Assembly (NCBI GenBank): GCA_963746685.1
Contig: CAVVBY010000006.1
Location: 11,511 to 75,510, forward strand
Direction: 5' to 3'
DNA: 64,000 nt
Source of the DNA: an uncultured Bacteroidales bacterium
GTDB taxonomy: Bacteria; Bacteroidota; Bacteroidia; Bacteroidales; VadinHA17
The stretch's first letter is position 1. Each line of letters starts with the position of its first letter. This document shows, piece after piece, positions 11,708 to 21,625 of the stretch. Position numbers and translations under genes: made by a program. Below the pieces are notes generated by a model. That model made no database searches and was not told the DNA's origin. It saw nothing but the letters and a program-made list of their open reading frames with translations.

Positions 11708-11735
11708 TTAGATGATTAAAATTACTAATGGTTTA
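11708..11735 (-). promoter_or_regulatory. putative ECF sigma promoter (internal copy)
   Basis: TAAACC-N15-CATCTAA on minus strand. Confidence 0.55.
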
Positions 11736-12278
11736 AATGCCTGATAATAGTTTTTCAATTTTTTTTACAGCGTGATGGTAGGATGCCTTCAGTGCGCCGA
11801 CTGATGTTTTAAGAACTTTGCTCATATCCTCGTAGGTCATATCGTCATAATATTTAAGGTTGAAAACTATCCTCTGCTTTTCCGGAAGCTGAATAATTGC
11901 ATTTTGCAGTTTAATCTGAGCCTCATCGCCGTCGAACCAGGTGCTTCCTTCAATTGAATTTGCAAACCAGCTTCCCAGGTCATCGAGCGATATTGCGGAA
12001 TTCCTGGTTCTTTTATTTATCAGGGTGAGGGCCTCATTGGTGGCAATAGCATAGAGCCATGTATAAAGCGAGCTCTCGCTTCTGAACTCTGAAATATTGC
12101 GCCATGCGTTAACAAATGTATTCTGGAGTGCGTCGTCAGCATCTTCATGAAGGATCACAAGGCGGCGGATATGCCAGTAAAGTCTGGTGCTGTACCTCTC
12201 GACAACAATCCTGAAACCTTTATTGATGTCGGTTTCAAGAAGGTCAAAAATATCATTATCTGTTTTTTGCTGAGCCAA
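11733..12278 (-). CDS. ECF RNA polymerase sigma factor
   Basis: DADDALQNTF, FRSESSLYTWLY (region 2); LPEKQRIVF...YEDMS...GALKASYH (region 4). Confidence 0.95.
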   Translation of the reverse strand: MAQQKTDNDIFDLLETDINKGFRIVVERYSTRLYWHIRRLVILHEDADDALQNTFVNAWRNISEFRSESSLYTWLYAIATNEALTLINKRTRNSAISLDDLGSWFANSIEGSTWFDGDEAQIKLQNAIIQLPEKQRIVFNLKYYDDMTYEDMSKVLKTSVGALKASYHHAVKKIEKLLSGI

Positions 12279-12297
12279 TCACAAACCGGTTTAATCC

Positions 12298-12325
12298 TTA
12301 GATGGTTAATACGGTCAAAGGTTTA
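12298..12325 (-). promoter_or_regulatory. putative autoregulatory ECF sigma promoter
   Basis: TAAACC-N15-CATCTAA, boxes identical to the 11708-11735 copy. Confidence 0.6.
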
Positions 12326-12427
12326 AGGATATTTTGTAATGATGAAAATAATATCAATCTGCGTCAATCTGCGAGATTTAACCGGGAATATCTGTAAATT
12401 TGCATCCGTAATTTAATACCGAATCTG

Positions 12428-13525
12428 ATGGCTCTTCAATGCGGAATACTTGGAATTACAAACGTAGGGAAAACAACCATCTTCAATTGCATCTCAAACA
12501 CAAAGGGAGAAACGAATGCTTTTGCATTCAGCGCCACAAAATCAAATATCGGGGTTGTGCAGGTTCCGGATCCCAGACTGTATGAACTTGAAAAACATCA
12601 GGTTACAGACAGAATTGTTCATACGACCGTCGAAATTGTTGACATACCCGGACTTACCCGCGGCTCGAACAAGGGTGAAGGTGTCGGTAATAAATTTCTC
12701 GGAGACATACGCAATACAGACGCCCTGATACATGTTCTGAGATGTTTTGATAATGATGCCCTTCCTCATATTGACGGTTCGGTCGATCCGGTCAGGGATA
12801 TGGAGACAATCGACTTTGAGCTGCAGGTCAAGGATATGGAGTCGGTCGAGAAGAAGCTGCAGCGGCTTGAGAAACTTGTAAAGGCAGGAGATAAGGATGC
12901 AAAGCATGGCATCGGAGTACTGACAAAGTACAGGGATCATATCGGCAATTTTAACAATGCCCGCACTCTCGATATAAAGGACGAGGAGAAAAAACATGTC
13001 GATGACCTGTTCCTGCTTACAATGAAGCCTGTTATGTATGTCTGCAATGTCGATGAGAAATCAGCCGTTTCAGGAAACAAATATGTTGAAAAAGTAAAAG
13101 AAGCTCTAAATGGCAAAAATGCAGAGATACTTGTGATCGCCGGAGCAGTTGAAGCAGAAATCGCCGAGCTTGAAAGCGTTGAGGACAGACTTGCATTTCT
13201 TAAGGATGCGGGACTCGATGAACCCGGGGTCGATAAGATGGTAAGGGCGGCATACAAGATGCTTAACCTTCAGACATTCTTTACAGTGGGGCCGATGGAA
13301 ATCAGGGCATGGACCATTAAAAAGGGGATGAACGCACCGCAGGCTTCAGGTGTGATTCACAGCGATCTGGAAAGAGGATTTATCAGGGCAGAGGTAATGA
13401 AATATCATGATTTTATAACTCTGGGGTCGGAACACGCATGCAAGGAGGCAGGCAAGTTCTACATAGAAGGAAAAAACTACGTGATTGAAGACGGGGATAT
13501 CCTTCATATTAGGTTCAATGTTTAA
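12428..13525 (+). CDS. ychF: redox-regulated ATPase YchF (Obg-like)
   Basis: GEGVGNKFL, IHSDLERGFIRAEV, EGKNYVIEDGDI; TAAATTTG promoter at 12395-12402. Confidence 0.95.
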   Translation: MALQCGILGITNVGKTTIFNCISNTKGETNAFAFSATKSNIGVVQVPDPRLYELEKHQVTDRIVHTTVEIVDIPGLTRGSNKGEGVGNKFLGDIRNTDALIHVLRCFDNDALPHIDGSVDPVRDMETIDFELQVKDMESVEKKLQRLEKLVKAGDKDAKHGIGVLTKYRDHIGNFNNARTLDIKDEEKKHVDDLFLLTMKPVMYVCNVDEKSAVSGNKYVEKVKEALNGKNAEILVIAGAVEAEIAELESVEDRLAFLKDAGLDEPGVDKMVRAAYKMLNLQTFFTVGPMEIRAWTIKKGMNAPQASGVIHSDLERGFIRAEVMKYHDFITLGSEHACKEAGKFYIEGKNYVIEDGDILHIRFNV

Positions 13526-13533
13526 CCTGGTGA

Positions 13534-15231
13534 ATGTTAAAGAAATTACTGATACTGTTTCTGATATTTTCATCTCTGGCAGAATGGTGCCATTCTCAAA
13601 ATGTATCAAATGATACAAAACTTCGCGGAATCATATCTGAAAAAGGCCAGGCTGAAATTATAATTACCGGCCAGAACCGCCAGTCGATCGACAAGCTTAC
13701 ACGGATCTTCTCAATACGATCTGTAAAGGAAAAGTCAGTTCATATTTTGCTCTCACCACTTACAGTTGAAAGATTCATTGCAGGAGGCTATGATTATCAG
13801 ATCGCTGAAAGCGCTGATAACAAGGGTGTTATTGGTTCGGCGAATATGACTGAAGCCATGGAATGGAATAGTTACCCATCTTACCCGCAGTATGACTCGA
13901 TAATGAGATTCCTTGCATCTTCCTATCCCTCACTCTGCATGCTCGATACAATAGGTACGAGTATAAATGGCAGACTTGTGCTTGCCCTCAAGATCTCCGA
14001 TAACTGCAAAGTAGATGAGACTGAGCCTGAAGTCTTTTATTCATCAAGCATCCATGGAGATGAAACGGCAGGGTTTATACTTATGCTTAGACTTTCGGAG
14101 TATCTTCTCAAAAATTACAATCTCGACAGCAGGGTGAAAAATCTTGTGGACAATCTTGAGATCTGGATAAATCCCCTGGCAAATCCCGATGGAACATACA
14201 GGAGCAGCAATTTCATTATTTCACCTGTACGGTTCAATGCAAATGGTTATGATCTCAACCGCAACTTTCCTGATCCTGAAGCCCAGGGTGTCTCAAGGCA
14301 GAAGGAGACTTCCGACATGATGAGTTTTCTGGCAAAACACAGGTTTGTTCTTTCAGCTAATTTTCATTCGGGAGAGGAGGTTGTTAATTTTCCGTGGGAC
14401 AGGTGGCCAATTGAACATGCTGATAATGACTGGTTTTATATGATTTGCAGAGCGTGGGCCGACACTGTCCATCTGTACTCGGGTGCGGGTTACATGAATT
14501 ATCTTGATAATGGTGTTACTAATGGATATGACTGGTATCCAGTTTACGGCGGGAGGCAGGATTATATCACTTACACACTGAACGGACGTGAAATTACAGT
14601 CGAGCTTGACAATAACTTTATTACTCCGACTTCTGATCTGGATAATATCTGGAAATACAATTACCGTTCATTGCTTGGGTACCTCGAAAATGCAACGTAC
14701 GGAATACACGGACAAGTAATTGACATTTTGAGCAATGATCCTGTCCCTGCCAGGATATTTATTAAAGGGTATGACAAAGACAACTCTCAGGTTTATTCAG
14801 ATACCCTTACGGGTTTTTTTACCAGGTTTCTTCTACCTGGCTCATATGACCTTACATTTACTGCTGAGGGTTACAGGGACACGACTGTAAATAATATCAC
14901 CGCAATACAACGGGAAAGAACTGACCTGACAATAAAAATGATGCCCGATTTAAATCCTGCAGATACTACAAATCCGGCTAACCCGTTTTTTTATCCGAAC
15001 CCCGGCAGCATTTTTATTAAAGCTGTCCTGCCTGAAAATATAAGAGGTGCGGTTAAAATAAGATTGTTTAACCTGACAGGTAAAAAGGTTTCAGATTATG
15101 ACACAGAATCATCGGAAAGGAATCCCGTTAAGCTGGATGTCAGCCGGTTGCCGGCAGGCATTTATTTTGTTGTTTTCACAAATAAGGAAACAAAACAGTC
15201 ATGCAGCGGCAGGATTGTGATTCTCAGATGA
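13534..15231 (+). CDS. M14 zinc carboxypeptidase with T9SS C-terminal sorting domain
   Basis: IHGDE, NPDG, DLNRNFP, ANFHSG, EITVEL; C-terminal YPNP...GIYFV. Confidence 0.9.
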   Translation: MLKKLLILFLIFSSLAEWCHSQNVSNDTKLRGIISEKGQAEIIITGQNRQSIDKLTRIFSIRSVKEKSVHILLSPLTVERFIAGGYDYQIAESADNKGVIGSANMTEAMEWNSYPSYPQYDSIMRFLASSYPSLCMLDTIGTSINGRLVLALKISDNCKVDETEPEVFYSSSIHGDETAGFILMLRLSEYLLKNYNLDSRVKNLVDNLEIWINPLANPDGTYRSSNFIISPVRFNANGYDLNRNFPDPEAQGVSRQKETSDMMSFLAKHRFVLSANFHSGEEVVNFPWDRWPIEHADNDWFYMICRAWADTVHLYSGAGYMNYLDNGVTNGYDWYPVYGGRQDYITYTLNGREITVELDNNFITPTSDLDNIWKYNYRSLLGYLENATYGIHGQVIDILSNDPVPARIFIKGYDKDNSQVYSDTLTGFFTRFLLPGSYDLTFTAEGYRDTTVNNITAIQRERTDLTIKMMPDLNPADTTNPANPFFYPNPGSIFIKAVLPENIRGAVKIRLFNLTGKKVSDYDTESSERNPVKLDVSRLPAGIYFVVFTNKETKQSCSGRIVILR

Positions 15232-15318
15232 TTCTGACCAGTAATAGAATGAGTTATTGTTTCCCGGCCTGAAAAGATTATTTTTATGCCGTTTTATAAA
15301 GCAGTGGAGAATTACAAA

Positions 15319-16974
15319 ATGACAGAGAAAAGAGTTATTGCAGGTTTTTTGCTTCTATTGGGTTTTCTGAATCTGTCCGGACAAGGGGCATATCTTCCGC
15401 CTGATAAACCGGCTCTTATAGTAGGAATAGTGGTTGAGCAGCTGAGATTTGATCAGATTGAAAGGTTCAGGGACAGGTTTTCAGAGAATGGAATCAAAAA
15501 AATGATAAATGAGGGCACATTTTTCCGAAATGCCTCCTTCGATTATATGCTTACTCAATCGGCTCCGGGATTTTCAACTATTTCGACCGGGACCGAACCC
15601 TCTTATCATGGTATTACATCTGACAACTGGTATGTTCCGCTGAAAAACGAATTTATCTATTGCACCAAGGATGTTTCAGTTAATCCGGTAGGAGGGAGCT
15701 ACGAATCAGGCCTTCATTCTCCTGTTAATCTTAATGCATCAACGTTCGCTGATGAGCTTAAGATCGCAACAGGTAAAAGATCAAAGGTGTTTGCAGTAGG
15801 GATTAAAGAACACTCGGCAATTTTCTCTGCCGGACATGCGGCCGACGGGGCATTCTGGTTTGATAATACAACAGGAACCTGGATGTCATCCACCTATTTT
15901 ATGGCAAATCTTCCGGCGTGGGTCAACGATTTCAATGCGATGAAATATTCTGAAACGTATCTGAATACTACCTGGAACCTTTTGAGGCAGGCAACGGATT
16001 ATTCAGTATGCCTTCCTGATTCAAACAAATTTGAGACCGGCTTTAATGGCCTCAATTATTTCCCGTACGACATTAACAAATTGAGCAAACCGGCAGGAAG
16101 AAATTCCATACGCAATTTTGCATTTCTTAGAGAAACTCCATTCGGGGATGCATTTACCACCGATTTTGCAATACGATTGATTGAAAAAGAAGGTCTGGGT
16201 AAGGATGAGATCCCCGATTTTCTTGCGATATGCTACTCATCGACAGATTATATAGGTCACCGGTTCGGACCCTCCTCAGTGGAGACAGGTGATGCAATCC
16301 TTCGTCTCGATAAGGATATTGAAACACTTCTGAATTATTTGAATGATAATCTGGGGAAGAGAAATGTACTCATCTATTTCACTTCTGCTCACGGAGTTTC
16401 GGAAATTCCATCAATTATGGAGAATACGAGAATCCCGGCTGGTTATTTTAAGCAGAATCAAGCCCTTCAACTCCTGCGGAGTTATCTTAATGCTGTCTAC
16501 GGGGAAGGTGACTGGGTAAAAGGATTTTCTGAAAGACAGATCTTTCTTAACAGAACACTTATTGAAGATGCCAGGATACCTATTGAAGAGATACAGAAGA
16601 AGACTGCAAGGTTTCTGACACAGTTTACTGGTGTTGCATCAGCTTATCCTTATTATGCATTTGAGGCGAATGATTTCGGCAACGGACATCTGAAGAAAAT
16701 TGTAAATAATTTCAGTCCTCAGAGGTCCGGTGATGTTATTGTTACTTTAAATCCGGGCTGGGTAGAAAAGGAAGGGGACCAGATGACGAATCATAACTCA
16801 CCTTACGAATATGATTCCCATGTTCCGCTTATATGGTATGGATGGACTGTAAACAGATCAACTGTAATGAGGAAAGTCAATATGACCGACATAGCTGCCA
16901 CTCTTTCATCGTTATGCAGAATACCGTATCCTAATGCATGTACAGGTGAACCAATGCCGGAACTCTTCAGGTAG
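15319..16974 (+). CDS. PafA-type alkaline phosphatase family protein with substituted active site
   Basis: LIVGIVVEQLR, SSTDYIGHRFGP, YDSHVPL; start probably ATG 15319. Confidence 0.88.
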   Translation: MTEKRVIAGFLLLLGFLNLSGQGAYLPPDKPALIVGIVVEQLRFDQIERFRDRFSENGIKKMINEGTFFRNASFDYMLTQSAPGFSTISTGTEPSYHGITSDNWYVPLKNEFIYCTKDVSVNPVGGSYESGLHSPVNLNASTFADELKIATGKRSKVFAVGIKEHSAIFSAGHAADGAFWFDNTTGTWMSSTYFMANLPAWVNDFNAMKYSETYLNTTWNLLRQATDYSVCLPDSNKFETGFNGLNYFPYDINKLSKPAGRNSIRNFAFLRETPFGDAFTTDFAIRLIEKEGLGKDEIPDFLAICYSSTDYIGHRFGPSSVETGDAILRLDKDIETLLNYLNDNLGKRNVLIYFTSAHGVSEIPSIMENTRIPAGYFKQNQALQLLRSYLNAVYGEGDWVKGFSERQIFLNRTLIEDARIPIEEIQKKTARFLTQFTGVASAYPYYAFEANDFGNGHLKKIVNNFSPQRSGDVIVTLNPGWVEKEGDQMTNHNSPYEYDSHVPLIWYGWTVNRSTVMRKVNMTDIAATLSSLCRIPYPNACTGEPMPELFR

Positions 16975-17702
16975 CCAGTCTTGTTTTTATACTATCCCTG
17001 ACTGCACAGGCTTCTTCCAGTAATCCTGGATTCTTTTCACAGCCATTTCCAAGTATAATCAGATTTGCCCCGGCATTGAATGCATCTGATATTTCCTGGC
17101 GGCTTCTCAATCCTCCGCCTACTGCAAGAGGTATGGAAACATTCTCTCTTACCGCATTAATTATTTCGGGAGGAACCGGATTCTCAGCTCCGCTTCCTGC
17201 TTCAAGGTAAATCATATGCAAACCGAGCATTTCTCCTGCCAGCGCCGTTGCAACAACAAGGTCGGATTTATCAGCCGGAATGGCTTCAGTCTGGCTGATA
17301 TATTCAACTGATGTTTTTTTCCCGGAGCCAACAAGGATATATCCAACTGAAATAAGCTTTTCCCTGACACTTCTCAGGTAAGGAGCTGCAATTACATGGT
17401 TTCCGATAAGAAGTTCAGGGTTCCTTCCTGAAATAAGGGAGAGGAGCAATATTGCATCAGCCCTGAGGCTTAGCTGAAGGAGGTTGCCAGGAAAGAGAAC
17501 AATAGGTATGCTGCACAATTTTCTTACAGTATCAATCAGATTATCAATGCTATTGAATGTAAGGCTGCCACCTGCCAGAATGTAATCTGTTTTGCATTCA
17601 GAGGCAATACTGAGGATATTTTTAAGTCCTTCTGTCGTGGCTTTGTCAGGATCGAATAAGAAGGGCGACACTTTTATTTCCCGGAAAATTATCCTTTATC
17701 AT
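16967..17702 (-). CDS. geranylgeranylglyceryl/heptaprenylglyceryl phosphate synthase (frameshift near 5' end)
   Basis: DPDK, LFPGN, LISGRNPELLIG, YLEAGSGA, VGGG. Confidence 0.92.
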
Positions 17703-18337
17703 AGTTTTTCTTTGTCCAGACTATTGCGTAGTTATCGTACCTTGTGTAAAAAAGGTCAAATGAGTCATTTATCTTGTCAGTTTGGACTTTCCCTTTTATT
17801 TCACCTGACTCCTTAACCTCGAAGGGTTCAATAGTAATATTCTTTTTTATGCTTATTCCTTCCTTATCGCAGATCTTATAGAGAGCCTCTTTGGCACACC
17901 AGTGGAGGTAAAGATGGTAACGGCGGTTTTCCTGCTCTTTTGTGATCTTTTCTCTTCTGTTAATAAATTTAAAGGCGATTCTCCCGATGTTGGTGCTCAT
18001 GTATTCCAGGTCAATCCCTACTTTCTCATTGGCACTCATGAGAATAGCGGTAAGATTATGGGAATGCGAGATACTGATGAATCTTGAACCGTCTTTAAGA
18101 AAGGGCTTGTTGTTTTTATTATAAACGATTCTTGCATCTTTGCCGAGAAGTTCAGCAAGCAGGGCTCTGACGCTCAGGAACTCAAGCTTTCTTGAGGTAC
18201 TGGCAAAGACCTTGTATTTCTTTTTAGTCACCATTATCCAGCTCAACGGATTCAAGCAGGGTTTTAAGATCCTCCTCAATTTTCCAGACACCCAGAATTG
18301 TGAATTCGTTAAGATAATGTTTAGAAATACAGCCCAT
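17689..18337 (-). CDS. 4'-phosphopantetheinyl transferase superfamily protein (frameshifted)
   Basis: ISISHS, VGIDLE, WCAKEALYK. Confidence 0.9.
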
Positions 18338-18355
18338 TAATCTTTCAAGATTTTA

Positions 18356-18972
18356 CTATTCCTTCCATTTCAGGGTTTCAATCAGATGAATGATATCCTC
18401 CCTGAAGAAATCAATTACAGGTGCAAGTGAATCTGCATTTGGTTCTGATTCAAAATAGAGCGATCCTCTAAGGTAATGTTTAACGCTGTCAGTTACATAG
18501 AACTGAACAGCTGATGCCGTATTGCCTTTCAGGTCATAAAGGATTCCAAATATCCGGTTTTCCATATCATCTAATAAGTTGTTCATTGATTGCGTCGGCT
18601 TTGGTAATATGGTTTTTTACATTCATTGTATAAGTCTGCTCGATCAGTCCTTCAAGATCACCCCCGACATCTTTATAGGTCAGATATATCCTGGCTTTAA
18701 AAGCCGGGAATTCAATATTAAACCAGCCTGGTTCTGACTTATCATCAACCTTATCAGAAATATTTCCATAGACCGGATATTCGAATTTCAATGGAAGATT
18801 TGTTTACCTGACCTGTTTCATTAAAAACAATATATTTCTTTGGTGGCAGATCGATCCTGAAATAGCCTTTTGGTTTTGGCACAGAGACTTCCCTGCAGCT
18901 GAGAAAGCTGAAAATTGCAAGTATCAAAAAGAGTACAGGCAAATTACTCTTCCTTGCTTTTCCCATTGTCAT
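18356..18972 (-). CDS. gldD: gliding motility lipoprotein GldD (split by frameshifts)
   Basis: Lipobox LSC, PKPKGYFRIDLP, GNTASAVQFYVTDS..HYLRGSLYF. Confidence 0.9.
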
Positions 18973-20291
18973 CAGTTAATTCCACGCGAATCTCCTTGAT
19001 CCTTCTTTTGTCTGCCGATTCTATCCTGAAAATAAAATTCCGGTAATGTTATCACCTGGTCTTTCTGAGGGATCTCACCAGTAAGTTCCAGGATAAGACC
19101 GGCAAGTGTTTCCGATTCTCCCCTTACATCTTCAAACGGATCATCTTCAACTTCAATTATTTTGAAAAAGTCGTTCAGCAGGATTTTCCCTTCGAAGATA
19201 TATGTTTTATCATCGATTTTACGGAACATTGTTTCATCCTCATCGCTTTCGTCAGTTATCTCGCCGACAATTTCTTCAAGAACATCTTCGAGTGTAATGA
19301 TTCCTGAGGTTCCTCCATACTCGTCGATAACCACAGCCATATGTATCTTCTTCACCTGAAACTCTTTAAGCAATTCATTGATCTTTTTGGTTTCAGGCAC
19401 AAAGTGAGGGGGCCGCATCAGTGCCTGCCACTTGAAATTATCCGGACTGTTGGTATAGGGCAGGACATCTTTTGCATACAATATTCCTTTCACTGAATCA
19501 AATGATCCTGAATAGACCGGAATTCTGGAAAATCCTGATTCAATTATAATTGATTTTACCTTGTTGAATCCAAGCTTGTATATTGATGGCGGTTACATCA
19601 ATTCTCGGGCACATTATCTCACTTACATTTATGTTGCCGAAATTAACAATGCCCTTCAGAATCTTTTCATCTTCATTTATATCGTCTGATGCAAGCTCCA
19701 GGGCATCTGACAGGTCATCCATGCTGATATTTGTATGCCTGTGCCCTGCCCTCTTCTTTACAAACGAAGTTGAAAGGATAAGAAGGGAAGTGACCGGTTT
19801 AAACAGTGTTTCCAGAAATGACATCGGATATGCCATGAACTGAGCCATTGGTATCTGATTTCTGGTTGCAAAGACTTTCGGCATCACCTCACCAAAAAAA
19901 AGCAGAATAAAAGTAATTACAACCGCCTCAATAATGAAACCCAGGACCGGATTGGCGCTGAAGTCGAATGTTCTGGCGCTAAGGAAAGCGGCCAGAAGTA
20001 CTATTGCTATATTGACTGTATTGTTGGCAACCAGAATTGTGCTCAGCAGTTTGTCGGGCATATTATGAAGCTTCAGAACCATGGCTGCCTTCTTGGATTT
20101 ACTTGATTTGAGCTTTTCAATATCTTCAGGCCTCAGTGAAAAGAAAGCCACCTCAGAACCTGACATAAGAGCAGAAATAAAAAGTAACAGGACCAGGACT
20201 ATCAAACCTATAATCAGCTTGAAATCAAGAGGATTAGCATACTATGCCCGGAAGATAGCGCTACAGATGAAAATAATAATCCTGGTTCCAA
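18972..20291 (-). CDS. gldE: gliding motility-associated protein GldE (DUF21/CBS/CorC; frameshifted)
   Basis: SGSEVAFFSL, FGEVMPK, VIDEYGGTSG, LEEIVGEI; adjacent to gldD. Confidence 0.88.
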
Positions 20292-20316
20292 ATTGTAATA
20301 TTTTTAGTGAAACCCG

Positions 20317-20777
20317 CTAGAAGGGCAGATCATCTTCGTTAGTGGGCTGATAACCTGCCGGTGGTTCATTTAAATCAGAGCCCAAATGTTCCTTTTCCTG
20401 AACATTGCTTTTATTAGGTTCCGGAGCTGGAAGCAGAGACCTGGACCCTGTTTTTTATCAAGCACCAAAAAAGTATCTGCCAGGATCTCGGTTATGTATT
20501 TATTATTTCCGTCCTTGTCTACATATGATCTCGTTTTTATTTTGCCAACAATATATAGCTGTGATCCTTTTTTGACAGTTTTTTCAGCGACCTCTGCCAT
20601 TGCGCGCCAGAGAACAATATTATGCCATTCGGTCGTAGTAATGGTCTCTCCCTGCTGATTTGTGTATGACTCACTTGTAGCAAGCGGAAAAGTAACTTTA
20701 GCGACTCCCTTGTCGAAATAACGGATCACCGGATCTTTACCGACGTTGCCGACAAGTATAACCTTATTGATTGACAT
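20317..20777 (-). CDS. ssb: single-stranded DNA-binding protein (3' frameshift)
   Basis: INKVILVGNVGKDP, TEWHNIV; DDLPF tail in another frame ending at 20317. Confidence 0.96.
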
Positions 20778-21055
20778 ATAGTTAAAGATTTAAGTTCGTT
20801 TCATTAATACAATCGTAAAGTTAATAAAAAATAGCTTACTGCAATCCTGTCAGATATTATATAACCGAATGTCCATATTTTCAGGATATTACAGAAAAAT
20901 GGGAGTTCTCTGTCAGCAGATCAGGCCAAAATCTTGCCGGAACCGGACTAAGATTGTCGGATTCATTTTTCTATTTCATTGTATTTTAGGCAATAATATT
21001 ATTTTTATAAAAAAAATTATTCTTTAAGTGTTTCAATATAAACAAATAATATTTT

Positions 21056-21063
21056 TATATTTG
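21056..21063 (+). promoter_or_regulatory. Bacteroidota -7 promoter element
   Basis: TATATTTG upstream of HU. Confidence 0.6.
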
Positions 21064-21120
21064 CAGGGTTGAAAAAAACGTATACTCAAAATAATTTGTT
21101 GAATTTTAAACTTCACGAAA

Positions 21121-21408
21121 ATGACTAAAGCAGACATTGTTAATGAAATTGCCAAGAACACTGGTATTGAAAAGGTAACAGTTCAGAAGACTGTTGAAGC
21201 CTTTATGGAAACGATAAAGCATTCCATGGTTACCGGTAATAACGTTTACCTGAGAGGTTTTGGAAGCTTTATTGTTAAGAAAAGAGCGAAAAAGACTGCA
21301 AGGAATATCTCCAAGAATACAACTATTATAATTCCAGCTCACAATATTCCTTCCTTCAAACCGGCAAAATCGTTCATTACCAAAGTTAAATCACACGTTA
21401 AGAAGTAA
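21121..21408 (+). CDS. HU/IHF family DNA-binding protein
   Basis: MTKADIV, LRGFGSF, ARNISK, PSFKP. Confidence 0.95.
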   Translation: MTKADIVNEIAKNTGIEKVTVQKTVEAFMETIKHSMVTGNNVYLRGFGSFIVKKRAKKTARNISKNTTIIIPAHNIPSFKPAKSFITKVKSHVKK

Positions 21409-21414
21409 CCTTCT

Positions 21415-21504
21415 ATGCCAAGCGGAAAAAAAAGAAAAAGACATAAGATGGCTACCCACAAGCGCAAAAAGCGTTTGCGGAAGAACAGACATAAGAAGAA
21501 GTAG
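21415..21504 (+). CDS. small basic ribosomal protein bS22 (AURKAIP1/COX24-like), 29 aa; not in ORF track
   Basis: MPSGKKRKRHKMATHKRKKRLRKNRHKKK*. Confidence 0.9.
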   Translation: MPSGKKRKRHKMATHKRKKRLRKNRHKKK

Positions 21505-21625
21505 CAAGAACAGGGTAGTCAGATGTTTGAAAATACTAAACCTAAAGGTCCTGCGATCTTTAGGTTTATTGTATTAGTATGTTGGATGGCGTTGAGATTA
21601 TATTAACTCAGTTTAATATAGTGTT

